Source of the DNA: Desulfobacterales bacterium
GTDB lineage: Bacteria; Desulfobacterota; Desulfobacteria; Desulfobacterales; UBA2245
NCBI GenBank assembly: GCA_040771865.1
Contig: JAXGZF010000004.1
Span: 124,001-188,000 of the forward strand
Length of the DNA: 64,000 nt
Direction: 5' to 3'
The notes below the pieces were generated by a model. That model was not told the DNA's origin and did not search any database. It saw nothing but the letters and a program-made list of their open reading frames with translations. This document shows positions 30,650-40,056 of the stretch, piece by piece (the first letter of the stretch is position 1; each line of letters begins with the position of its first letter). Made by a program: the position numbers and the translations under genes.

Positions 30650-32089
30650 ATGATTAAAAATATTCTTGAATTATTTTCGGGCATCCGATGGCAGGACATT
30701 CTCGATATTGGTTTGAACAGCTATATTCTGTTCCGCCTTTACGCCCTTTTCAGAGGAACCCACGTGCTGAGGGTGATCATATGGCTTGCCCTTTTGTGGT
30801 TTTTTCAAAGAGCCGCCGTTTCCCTGGGATTGATCGTCACCAGCTGGGCGATTCAGGGTATAACGGCCATGGGCGCCCTGATTATCATTGTCATATTCAG
30901 AAATGAGATCCGCAACGTTTTGCAGGCGCGGAGGTTTAAATCCTTTCTCTGGGGGTTTTCAATCAAAAACCCCGTCACTCCGGTGGAAATTGTTGCGGAA
31001 AGCATCGCCGAACTGGCCCGGCGGCATATCGGCGCTCTACTTGTTTTTCCGGGCAAAGAGAGTCTTCATGATGCGGTTCAGAACGGCATATTGTGGAAGG
31101 GCCAGATTTCCAAGGAGATGATATTGAGTATTTTCTGGCCCGACAATCCGGTACATGACGGGGCTGCCGTAATCCAGGGGCAACAGGTGGCGGAAGTCGG
31201 CGTAATTCTGCCGCTTTCCTACCGAAAGGATCTTCCCTCTTACTACGGTACCCGGCATCGGGCCGCCCTCGGCCTTGCGGAAAACACCGATGCCCTAGTG
31301 GTAGTGGTGTCCGAAGAAAGGGGTCATGTCGTTGTCGCTAAAAACGGTCGAATGCGTATGGTCAACCGGCAGGAGGAGTTGGTTGAGATTTTGAGAATGC
31401 ATCAGGGGATTGCAGATGATACCGAAGAACGTAGAAAACGGGAAAATCTAAGGGTCGGGCTGGCGGCCATTGTCTGCCTGATCATTATCACAGGCGTCTG
31501 GTTCAGTTTTACCCGGGGTCAGGATGTCCTTGTCCCCATGGAAGTGCCGATTGAATTCGTCAACCGGGCTTCTAAAATGGAAATCATAGACGCTTCAACC
31601 AGTACGGTTCAGCTGCATTTAAGCGGATCAGCCAGCTTGATGAAATCAATTCGGCCGGAGCAGATTCGGGTCCGCCTGGACCTTGGAAGCGCCGGTGTGG
31701 GTGAAAATCGTTTTTCCCTGAGCCGGGAAAATATTACGGTGCCGCCCGGCATCGGAATTAAAACCATCAAGCCGCAGGACATCCAGGTTCAGGTGGATGT
31801 TCCCTTAAAAAAGACGCTGCCGGTTCAGGTGGACTGGGAAGGAAAACTACCGGATCAACTGATCATGGTCAAGGCGTCGCCCTTTCCCAGAAATATCGAA
31901 GTCGTTGGACCCAGTCAGATCGTTGAGTCTCTATCCGCAATTTATACCCAAAAAGTGATGTTGCCCGATTTTCAAGGCTCGGGAACCCTGGAGGCCGATC
32001 TGGAACTGGAACCGTCTTCGATCAAAATTGCACCCGGCGCCAGCCGTCGGGTCCAGATCGCGTATACGATCAAGGAAAGAGAAAATTAA
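30650..32089 (+). CDS. cdaA: Diadenylate cyclase (CdaA) fused to YbbR/CdaR-like domains
   Basis: Three N-terminal TM helices; DAC motifs HDGA and GTRHRAALG, VVSEERG; then a TM helix and two YbbR-like repeats. Confidence 0.88.
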   Translation: MIKNILELFSGIRWQDILDIGLNSYILFRLYALFRGTHVLRVIIWLALLWFFQRAAVSLGLIVTSWAIQGITAMGALIIIVIFRNEIRNVLQARRFKSFLWGFSIKNPVTPVEIVAESIAELARRHIGALLVFPGKESLHDAVQNGILWKGQISKEMILSIFWPDNPVHDGAAVIQGQQVAEVGVILPLSYRKDLPSYYGTRHRAALGLAENTDALVVVVSEERGHVVVAKNGRMRMVNRQEELVEILRMHQGIADDTEERRKRENLRVGLAAIVCLIIITGVWFSFTRGQDVLVPMEVPIEFVNRASKMEIIDASTSTVQLHLSGSASLMKSIRPEQIRVRLDLGSAGVGENRFSLSRENITVPPGIGIKTIKPQDIQVQVDVPLKKTLPVQVDWEGKLPDQLIMVKASPFPRNIEVVGPSQIVESLSAIYTQKVMLPDFQGSGTLEADLELEPSSIKIAPGASRRVQIAYTIKEREN

Positions 32090-32191
32090 GGGCAAACGAA
32101 CCCGGCTCAAAGCCGAGGTGTGTCTATTTGCGTCTTGTCAGAACTCTGGAGGACGCCATACTCCATCCGCAACTCAAAATTCCCGGTGAGG

Positions 32192-33139
32192 TTATTCGGG
32201 AATCGCAACAACAGCCGAAGCAGGGACGAGTTCCACTTTTTCCCGCAGATCCGGCAAGGCTTCATTAAGCGCCTGGCATGTGGATTTGTGGGGATGTCCA
32301 ATTCCGACGGCCCATCCCTGCTTCTGGGCGATCCGGATCAACTCCTCGATCCTGGCTTGAATCGCGGCCGGTTCCTGGACATTATCCAAAAACACATCCC
32401 GTTGAGCAAAGGGAAGTTGGAAAAGTTTTGCCGAGGGCCTGCATACGCTTTTCGGATGGGTCAGGCTGTCGATGAAAAACAGGTCCCTTTGTTTCAGAAT
32501 GGTGAAGATCTGGTACATCTGTGAAGACGCTGTCGTCAGCCTTGAGCCCATATGATTGTTGACCCCTCTGATAAAGGGGATGGCATCCAGGTCTTCTTTA
32601 AGCTGAAGAACCAGTTCGTCGGGAGACATGGATGCCAGCAGCGCGCCGGGACCGGGATTCACATGCGGATATTCTGCGGGCTCCATGGGCAGGTGCAGCA
32701 TGATTTCAATATTTTTTTGCCGGGCTTTATGGACGATCGAATGCCGGAACGGGCTGCGGGGCAAGACCGCGAAGGTGATCGGTACATCCAGCGCCAGGAG
32801 TTTGTCGGCTGCTTGTAAATCATAGCCGATATCGTCAATGATAATAGCCAACCGGGGCGGTATGAGATCCGGACGGGCGATATCCGGAAGGGGGGCGGCC
32901 GGCGGCTTGGGAACCGAAGACGGCACATGTTTTGGATATGCCGCGGAAGGAATCTTATGTACGAGTGGAGGTTTAGGAACCTTCAGCGGAACCGGTTTAG
33001 GCGTTAAGAGATGGTGAAGCCAGAAGCACACCGCCACGGTCAAGGCCGCCACCAGGGCCAAGCCGAACAGAGCGCGTTTTAAATGCGAATTCTGTACAGT
33101 TTTACGAGATTTTTTACGTGTTTTCTTTTTTTCGGCCAT
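32192..33139 (-). CDS. Divergent polysaccharide deacetylase family protein
   Basis: AIIIDDIG, LHLPMEP, NNHMGS, RDVFLD and IGHP motifs. Confidence 0.9.
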   Translation of the reverse strand: MAEKKKTRKKSRKTVQNSHLKRALFGLALVAALTVAVCFWLHHLLTPKPVPLKVPKPPLVHKIPSAAYPKHVPSSVPKPPAAPLPDIARPDLIPPRLAIIIDDIGYDLQAADKLLALDVPITFAVLPRSPFRHSIVHKARQKNIEIMLHLPMEPAEYPHVNPGPGALLASMSPDELVLQLKEDLDAIPFIRGVNNHMGSRLTTASSQMYQIFTILKQRDLFFIDSLTHPKSVCRPSAKLFQLPFAQRDVFLDNVQEPAAIQARIEELIRIAQKQGWAVGIGHPHKSTCQALNEALPDLREKVELVPASAVVAIPE

Positions 33140-33149
33140 CGATGGCGGA

Positions 33150-34511
33150 TCAATTACCGGATGCCGGAGTTTCTTTGGAACCAGCGAATATTTCATAGCT
33201 GGTTAAAATTTCAAGAGCACGCTGCACCTGTTGGTCCAATTTCAAAGTTTCCAGGTTCAGCCCTCCGGGAAAAGCCGATTGTTCTTCCGGCTTCTGAACC
33301 GGATGAGCCTTAATATCCGGTTTTGATTCCGGTTTCAGATGATTTTTCAGATCCTTTTCTTTCATGCCGTGTTCCGGCTTTTCAGTCGCGCCTTTTTCTT
33401 CAACGAACCTTTGCCGGACGATTACATCCGGCTCGATTCCCTGGGCCTGAATGGACCGGCCGCTGGGGGTGTAGTAACGGGCGATGGTAAATTTCAATCC
33501 ATAACCGTCGCGAAGATTTTCTACGGTTTGCACGGATCCTTTGCCGAACGAGGTGGTTCCCAGAATCAGGGCCCTTTTGTGATCCTGCAGGGCGCCTGCA
33601 ACAATTTCCGCGGCGCTGGCGCTTCCGCCGTTAATCAGGGCCACAATCGGATAGGTGCGCGTCTGTGTGTCCGGATTGGCTTGGAAGATCTGGGTATGGC
33701 GTTTGAGCCGGCCTTTGATGGAAACAATAACGCCCTCATTCAGAAAAAGGTCGGAAACCGAAATCGCCTGATTCAGAAGTCCACCAGGATTGTCACGGAG
33801 ATCAAGTACGAGGCCCTTTAAGGGTTCGGAACCGGTTTCCAGAGCATTGAGTGTCTTTTCAAGATCTTCGGTGGTGTTTTCCCTGAAATTGGTAATCCAG
33901 ATATAGCCGTATCCCGGTCGAAGGGTAAAGTGCCGGATGCTTTCAATCGGGATCAAATCGCGGACCAGCTTGAACTCAAGCGGTTCAGGCGCCTCGTTCC
34001 GCTCGATGGTCAAAACGACCTCGGTCCCCTTGGGTCCCCGCATTTTCTTGACCGCCTCCCAAAGCATCATTCCCTTGGTGGACTGTCCATCCACCGTGAT
34101 GATCCGATCGCCGGCCACAATGCCGGCCTTGTAAGCAGGAGTGCCCTCAATGGGCGATATGACCTTGAATACCTCGTCTTCCTGAGTGATGACGATGCCG
34201 ATGCCGCCGAATTCCCCCTGGGTTTCCATCTGAAGCTCTTCTAAGGCTTCCGGCGGCAGAAGCGTCGAGTGCGGATCGAGACCTTGCACCATTCCCTGAA
34301 TTGCCTTTTGAATCAGCTCCTTGGATTCCACAGGATCGACATAATTTTTCTCAATCAGTTCGATCACGTCGCTGAAAAGCTTCAAACCCTTGTACGTTTC
34401 TTCAGATGCCGCTGAAAGAGTCCGGCTAAACCCCGCAAAAAAGATCCAGAAGACGCTAGCGGTTATCATCAACAGCCAGAGCTTGAAGCGCGGCTTTTTC
34501 ATTTCGGTCAT
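33150..34511 (-). CDS. ctpA: C-terminal processing peptidase, S41 family
   Basis: LDPHS, PDZ GGIGI, DLRDNPGG, SASAAEIVAGALQD and FGKGSVQ motifs. Confidence 0.93.
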   Translation of the reverse strand: MTEMKKPRFKLWLLMITASVFWIFFAGFSRTLSAASEETYKGLKLFSDVIELIEKNYVDPVESKELIQKAIQGMVQGLDPHSTLLPPEALEELQMETQGEFGGIGIVITQEDEVFKVISPIEGTPAYKAGIVAGDRIITVDGQSTKGMMLWEAVKKMRGPKGTEVVLTIERNEAPEPLEFKLVRDLIPIESIRHFTLRPGYGYIWITNFRENTTEDLEKTLNALETGSEPLKGLVLDLRDNPGGLLNQAISVSDLFLNEGVIVSIKGRLKRHTQIFQANPDTQTRTYPIVALINGGSASAAEIVAGALQDHKRALILGTTSFGKGSVQTVENLRDGYGLKFTIARYYTPSGRSIQAQGIEPDVIVRQRFVEEKGATEKPEHGMKEKDLKNHLKPESKPDIKAHPVQKPEEQSAFPGGLNLETLKLDQQVQRALEILTSYEIFAGSKETPASGN

Positions 34512-34602
34512 ACCCACTCCTTGATGTATGAAAATATTCACACCGGACTGATCTTAAGGTCCATATTTTTGTCCTTTGTTGCACATTCGACGGACAATGG
34601 GG

Positions 34603-35898
34603 TCAACTTTTTTTAATCCATTCCGCCGGATTAACCGGTTTGCCGTTGCGGCGGATTTCAAAATATAATGCGCACTCTGCCATGGAGCCGGTATCTCCCA
34701 CGGTTGCGATGACCTCGCCGGTTTCAACCGGATCGCCCCTGGCTTTGAAGAGTTCTTCGGCATATGCATACACGGTATAGTAACCCTTGCCATGATCAAT
34801 AATGATCATGTTTCCGTAGTTTTGAAACCATTGGGCATACACAACTCTGCCCGTGCAAACCGCCCGAACGGGTTCTCCTTTTTCAGCCTTGATTTCAATG
34901 CCGCTTCTGAAGTTTTCAACGTTGAAGCGAGGATTGAGGTAATGTCCAAAGGCTCCGGCAATAATACCCTTCACCGGCATATTAAGCAAGCCTTTGAGCT
35001 TTGTAAAGTCTTCATATGGCGTATATTTTTCCAAAGGAGAGGATGGCTCCGCTGAAAAGTCCTGAATTTTCTGATCCAGTTCTTCGGCGGCTTTTTTAAG
35101 AGCGTCGATGGCGGCCAGTGCAAGCATCTTATTGTTTTGAATCTTTACAAGCATTTGTTCCCGCTGGGCGTTTTCAGTCTTCAGGGTTTCCGCCTGTATT
35201 TGCAGCTCCTTTTGAATGCGGGCTTTTTCTTCCTTCTGAAGTGCGAGATTGCTGATCAGGGCTTCCATCTGGTTTCGGCTGTCCGAGAGCGCTTGCATCA
35301 GACGCTGATCGTCGGCCAGAATATATTGAAATGCGGTTTTGCGCTGAATGAATTCATGAATGGAACGGGCTGAGCCCAACACGTTGAGCTGACCTAGGCG
35401 ATAAAGCTTGTAGAGCGCGACAAGCCTTTGAGAGAGGTCTTTTTCCAGAACCTGAATTTTTTGGCTCAGCGCGATGGATTCCTCCTGAATTCGAGATATT
35501 TCTTTTTCAATGACGGCAAGTTCGGTTTGATATTTTGCTATTTGAATGGATAAATCGTTGCGCTTTCGAGCGGTTTGATTCAAATCGGCGATAACCGATT
35601 TTTCAGCTTCAGAATAGTCCCGGACTTTCCGGTTGAGGTTTTCTATATCCTGGTCGATGGTTTTTTGTTTTTGCGGTTCATCCTGAGAGTTTTCGGACAG
35701 GAGCCGAATCAAACCCTCTGAATTGCTTGTGAATCCGGCCTGGCTGTCGCAAACTATCTTCGGCCATTGACCCTCCTTGCAAACGACGGTTGCCGGCCAG
35801 TTCGAAGCCCACGAACCAACGCACCAGACAAGCGCGCAGGATACCGGAAACGCTAATTTTTTAAGAACTGACGCAGTGATAGAAAGCATCCGAACCAT
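34603..35898 (-). CDS. envC: Murein hydrolase activator EnvC (coiled coil + M23 domain)
   Basis: Long coiled coil, then a degenerate LytM domain (YGNMIIIDHG, VGDTG, LYFEIR); follows ftsX. The true start is uncertain, near the ftsX stop. Confidence 0.85.
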   Translation of the reverse strand: MVRMLSITASVLKKLAFPVSCALVWCVGSWASNWPATVVCKEGQWPKIVCDSQAGFTSNSEGLIRLLSENSQDEPQKQKTIDQDIENLNRKVRDYSEAEKSVIADLNQTARKRNDLSIQIAKYQTELAVIEKEISRIQEESIALSQKIQVLEKDLSQRLVALYKLYRLGQLNVLGSARSIHEFIQRKTAFQYILADDQRLMQALSDSRNQMEALISNLALQKEEKARIQKELQIQAETLKTENAQREQMLVKIQNNKMLALAAIDALKKAAEELDQKIQDFSAEPSSPLEKYTPYEDFTKLKGLLNMPVKGIIAGAFGHYLNPRFNVENFRSGIEIKAEKGEPVRAVCTGRVVYAQWFQNYGNMIIIDHGKGYYTVYAYAEELFKARGDPVETGEVIATVGDTGSMAECALYFEIRRNGKPVNPAEWIKKS

Positions 35899-36734
35899 CC
35901 CACCAGCATACTGACCAGGACAATGGACATACAGACTGGCGGAGAGAGAAATGAAAGATGAATGAATTCGAAAATCATGGTCTGCTGCAATTTTGCCTTT
36001 ATTGTCAGGTAGGCGGCCATCAGAAGCACCAACCCTCCGATGCCGCCCAGCCCGCCGAGAATCAAACCCTGAAGGTAAAAGGGCGCCCGAATGAAATTGT
36101 TCGCGGCGCCAACCAGCTGCATGATTTCGATTTCTTCCTTCCGCGAGTAAAGCACAAGCCGTATGGTATTGGCTACGATGAACACGCCGGCGAATAAGAA
36201 CACGGCGCCCAGGCCGTAACCGGCCAGTCTGAAGAGCTCGATCGTCTGAATGATTCGCTGAAGCCATTTCTGGCCGTATTCAACATCTTCCACCAGATCG
36301 AAGGATTTGATCCGGGAGGCTATAGCCTCGATCTTATCCCAATTGCCGTCCTCCGAATGTGCGCTGATCTCAAAAGAATCCGGAAGCGGATTTCCACGCA
36401 AATGGGCCAGCAGGGATTCCTGATGCTTGAGTTGTTCTCTGAGCTGCTCAAGCGCCTGATCCTTTGGGATGAATTGAATCCGATCCAGCTCTGGAATTTG
36501 AGAAAGAAGTTTTTGAAATTCGACGATCTGCGCTTGGGTCGTATCGGCTTTCAGGTAGGCGATGATTCGTATCCCCTCCTGCCAGGTTGAAAGCATTTTC
36601 CCGACGTTTGCATAAAACAGGGCAAAGGCGCTGATAATCAAAACCGAGAGAGCGATGGTGACAAGGGTGACCAGTGTAATTAAAGGGTTGTTGCGAATGT
36701 CTTCGATCGACCGTTTTATGTAGATTCGAATCAT
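35853..36734 (-). CDS. ftsX: Cell division permease FtsX
   Basis: NPLPDS and NTIRLVLYSRKEEIEIMQLVGA...IRAPF motifs. Confidence 0.93.
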   Translation of the reverse strand: MIRIYIKRSIEDIRNNPLITLVTLVTIALSVLIISAFALFYANVGKMLSTWQEGIRIIAYLKADTTQAQIVEFQKLLSQIPELDRIQFIPKDQALEQLREQLKHQESLLAHLRGNPLPDSFEISAHSEDGNWDKIEAIASRIKSFDLVEDVEYGQKWLQRIIQTIELFRLAGYGLGAVFLFAGVFIVANTIRLVLYSRKEEIEIMQLVGAANNFIRAPFYLQGLILGGLGGIGGLVLLMAAYLTIKAKLQQTMIFEFIHLSFLSPPVCMSIVLVSMLVGWFGCFLSLRQFLKN

Positions 36735-37429
36735 AATCCGCCCATGTACGTGTCATTTTCGAGCCTGCCGGAACGAAGCCGGATGAGACGCCCTCCGCTT
36801 CTGTGCGCCATCTCCAGATCGTGGGTGGCAATGATGACGGTCGCTCCTTTTTCGTGGAATTGCTGAATAAGTTCAAGAACGATTCGGGCGGATTCGGGGT
36901 CTAGGCTGGCCGTGGGTTCATCTGCCAGAATGATTGTTGGATCTCCGACAACCGCCCGGGCAACGGCCACACGCTGCTGTTCTCCGCCGGAAAGACTAGG
37001 GGGCATGGCATCAAGACGATCTTCCATTCCCACAATCCGCAGCACGCTTCGAACCTTTTTTTGAATCAGGCGTTGCTTCTGACCGGCGGCTTCCAGCACG
37101 ATGGCCACGTTATCGAAGACGGTTTTTCGGGCAATAAGCTTGTAATCCTGAAAGATGATTCCGATTTTTCTTCGAAGAATGGGAATCCGGTTGTCAGGAA
37201 TGGCGGTCAGATTCATGCCATCAATCAGGATCTGCCCCCCCGAAACGGGTTCTCCACGGTAAAGAAGCTTCAGAAGGGTGCTTTTCCCGGCGCCGCTGGG
37301 ACCGGTAACAAATACGAAATCATTTCGATTGATTTCGAGGCTCAAATCCACGAGGGCCTGTTTGGCGCCGTAATGCTTGTTTACATGAAACATTCGAATG
37401 ACAAGATTCCGGCCATATGGCTCGCTCAT
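36731..37429 (-). CDS. ftsE: Cell division ATP-binding protein FtsE
   Basis: [26 protein letters not shown] and ADEPT motifs; overlaps ftsX. Confidence 0.93.
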   Translation of the reverse strand: MSEPYGRNLVIRMFHVNKHYGAKQALVDLSLEINRNDFVFVTGPSGAGKSTLLKLLYRGEPVSGGQILIDGMNLTAIPDNRIPILRRKIGIIFQDYKLIARKTVFDNVAIVLEAAGQKQRLIQKKVRSVLRIVGMEDRLDAMPPSLSGGEQQRVAVARAVVGDPTIILADEPTASLDPESARIVLELIQQFHEKGATVIIATHDLEMAHRSGGRLIRLRSGRLENDTYMGGL

Positions 37430-37515
37430 GGCGCATTTTCCTGTTGTTGCATCTTTCGCTGAGACATTTCATATTTTCGGACTGACATGGGCGGCTTGAG
37501 CAGAAGGGTTTTGGA

Positions 37516-37648
37516 TTGACCCGCTTCGTTTTTGCTGATAAAGGTGCGAACGGAATGCAGGGAGTGCTGCCAACGGTTTTCCCTGATCCGGGCCTCCACT
37601 GAACCCTTTATAACAAGCTTCTTCCATACCAGTGGAGGCTCAATTTTT
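37516..37648 (+). promoter_or_regulatory. Putative promoter followed by two tandem hairpins (structured leader or sRNA upstream of pyrE)
   Basis: TTGACC-17 bp-TAAAGG with a TG extension; hairpins at 37551-37590 and 37591-37640; then CAATTTTT. Confidence 0.4.
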
Positions 37649-37761
37649 ACCCGATTCCATCCATAAAATCAATAGCTCTTTGGCTGGCTGCCGCTGTGCG
37701 TGCCTGAGCTGTTTATCAGCGGAGTTGCGGCTCCTGACGCGAAAATTTCAAGAAAAAGGGT

Positions 37762-38331
37762 ATGATGATTTTGAAAACGGAACTGATCGAATTGCTTTGC
37801 AACAGATCCTTCAAATACAGTGACCAGCCGGTTTTCAAACTGGTTTCCGGGCGCATGAGCCAGTTTTACATCAACTGCAAGCCCACCACGCTCAGCGCAC
37901 GCGGTCTCTTTCTGACCGGCAGCCTTGTGTTTGAAGCACTATCGGATCTGAAAATTCAGGGCGTGGGAGGATTGACTTTCGGAGCAGATCCGATTGCCGT
38001 TGCCGCGGCCCTGATATCCGAGATAAGGCACCGTCCTTTCAATGCATTTTCGATTCGAAAGACGCCCAAGGACCACGGAATATCCGTCTGGATCGAGGGG
38101 GACATCAAGCCCGGAGACCGAGTGGCGATTATTGACGACGTGGTGACCACGGGAGGCTCGACTATTCAGGCTGTTGAACGGGCCAGATCCGAAGGGCTGG
38201 ACGTGCGAAGGGTCATTGCTCTGGTGGACCGCCAGGAAGGCGGCGTGGAAAATATTCGTGGTTATGTGGACGATGTTCGAACCATCGTAACCCGGGATGA
38301 ACTTGTCGAACGCTATCAGAAAGGGATCTGA
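37762..38331 (+). CDS. pyrE: Orotate phosphoribosyltransferase
   Basis: [31 protein letters not shown] and [11 protein letters not shown] motifs. Confidence 0.95.
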   Translation: MMILKTELIELLCNRSFKYSDQPVFKLVSGRMSQFYINCKPTTLSARGLFLTGSLVFEALSDLKIQGVGGLTFGADPIAVAAALISEIRHRPFNAFSIRKTPKDHGISVWIEGDIKPGDRVAIIDDVVTTGGSTIQAVERARSEGLDVRRVIALVDRQEGGVENIRGYVDDVRTIVTRDELVERYQKGI

Positions 38332-38337
38332 AAACGG

Positions 38338-38715
38338 CTATTGTCCTGCAAGAATGAAGGTGGCGCAGGCGTTCTGGGATTCCCAGACCGAAACCTTTGA
38401 AACGCGAACGGTTTCGTTGCCGATCCTGGCATCAAGGCTTTCAGCGATAAATTTTGCAATGTTTTCAGAAGAGGGGTTCAGGCCTTTAAAGCAATCGAGA
38501 TCATTTAAGCATTTGTGGTCCATTCGGGCGACGATTTCAGCGACCAGCTTTTTCAGGTCTTCAAAATCCATCAGCAGACCGGCCGGATTCAGAGCATTTC
38601 CCTGGACGCAGACCTCAACCTTCCAGTTATGCCCGTGCAGGGTTTCGCTTTTTCCCGTTTCCAATTTCAGTTGATGGGCGGCTGAAAAGCAGGAGGCAAT
38701 TTTTACTTCAAACAT
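38338..38715 (-). CDS. queD: 6-carboxytetrahydropterin synthase
   Basis: FSAAH, LHGHNW, DH..LND, NPSSENIA and VWES motifs. Confidence 0.9.
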   Translation of the reverse strand: MFEVKIASCFSAAHQLKLETGKSETLHGHNWKVEVCVQGNALNPAGLLMDFEDLKKLVAEIVARMDHKCLNDLDCFKGLNPSSENIAKFIAESLDARIGNETVRVSKVSVWESQNACATFILAGQ

Positions 38716-38729
38716 CGAATCATTCCGGA

Positions 38730-39845
38730 TTATTGGGCCGCCCTCGCAGTACGCCCCTTAAGTATGTTTTTTAATTTACTAGAAAATTTGTTTTTACCGA
38801 GCTGCTCAAATTCCCTCAGCAGCTCTTCCTGCTTCTTGCTCAGATTCGTGGGTGTTTTGATATCCACCTGGATGATCTGGTCGCCGGGTTTGTGGGTTCT
38901 GATGGATATGATTCCTTCTCCCCGGAAACGGAATACGGCGCCGGGTTGCGTGCCCTTGGGGATTTCCAGTTTTTTTTCTCCGGTCAGGGTCGGGACGGTA
39001 ATCGTATCCCCCAATGCCGCCTGAATAAAGGAAATCTCAACCTTGCAGATCACATCGCAGTTTTCCCGAATGAAAAAGTCGTGGGGCTCCACATGAATAA
39101 ACACGTAAAGATCACCAGGCGGGCCGCCGAATGTCCCGGGTTCTCCTTCACCAGTGAGCCTGAGCCGGGAACCGGAATCTACCCCTGCAGGAATTTTTAC
39201 GGACACTTTTTTCTGTATTTCGATCCGTCCTGCCCCCCTGCATTTCCCGCAGGGACTGGAGATTTTTTGGCCGGAACCGCGACAGGTCGGGCATGTAGTT
39301 CGGACGGTGAAAAAACCTTGGGTTCTGGATACCTGACCGCTTCCATGACAATCTGAGCAGATTACCGGCGCCGTACCAGGCTCGCAGGCTGACCCCGAAC
39401 ATTTCGGGCAGACTTCCATTTTATCGACAATGATTTCCGTTTCGGTACCAAAAGCCGCTTCCATGAAGCTCATGCGAAGATCATAGCGAAGGTCCGAACC
39501 TCTTTGGGCCCGGCTTCTGGACCGCCTTCCGCCGCCGAATCCAAAAAAGTCTTCAAATATGTCGCTGAAACTTGAAAAGATGTCGTCGAATCCGCCAAAT
39601 CCGGAAAATCCGGCGCCTTCGAGGCCTTGATGACCGTATTGATCGTAGAGTTGACGTTTTTTGGGGTCTCGAAGCACTTCGTAGGCTTCGGAAGCTTCCT
39701 TGAAATTTTCTTCGGCAGCCTTGTCTCCCGGATTTCTGTCCGGGTGAAAGCGAAGCGCCATTTTCCGATAGCTTGATTTTATTTCATCCGGGCTTGCTGT
39801 ACGGCAGACGCCCAGGATCTCATAATAATCCCGTTTCGAAGCCAT
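38730..39845 (-). CDS. dnaJ: Molecular chaperone DnaJ
   Basis: J-domain HPD, G/F region, four CxxCxGx(G) repeats and the C-terminal domain. Confidence 0.97.
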   Translation of the reverse strand: MASKRDYYEILGVCRTASPDEIKSSYRKMALRFHPDRNPGDKAAEENFKEASEAYEVLRDPKKRQLYDQYGHQGLEGAGFSGFGGFDDIFSSFSDIFEDFFGFGGGRRSRSRAQRGSDLRYDLRMSFMEAAFGTETEIIVDKMEVCPKCSGSACEPGTAPVICSDCHGSGQVSRTQGFFTVRTTCPTCRGSGQKISSPCGKCRGAGRIEIQKKVSVKIPAGVDSGSRLRLTGEGEPGTFGGPPGDLYVFIHVEPHDFFIRENCDVICKVEISFIQAALGDTITVPTLTGEKKLEIPKGTQPGAVFRFRGEGIISIRTHKPGDQIIQVDIKTPTNLSKKQEELLREFEQLGKNKFSSKLKNILKGRTARAAQ

Positions 39846-40056
39846 TGATATTTCCGTAGCTGCTTATATTTTACAGATACGCTGCTGCATGCATCTGTAA
39901 TATCTTTATGTTCCGTTTACGCTTTTAATTGCTCCGGCTCCGGCAGGCGCAATCAGTTTAATTAATAAAATTAATGCATAAATAGTGCTTGTCAACGTTC
40001 TACCGGTGATTATTTGCACGCCTGATTCCACTTCAAGGGGTTAAACCCTTTGTCGT

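Noticed and set aside
30644..30652. DUF2914 TGA stop is in frame with the cdaA ATG (possible readthrough)
   Set aside because: The stop falls at the natural domain end and the downstream sequence is AT-rich with no SECIS-like hairpin; an in-frame arrangement has a 1-in-3 chance.
35899..36267. Long N-terminal extension of the 554-aa EnvC ORF
   Set aside because: It lies inside ftsX in another frame and reads as non-protein-like; the true start is near the ftsX stop.
39846..40056. CIRCE/HrcA operator upstream of dnaJ or the hsp20 genes
   Set aside because: No TTAGCACTC-N9-GAGTGCTAA arrangement was found.
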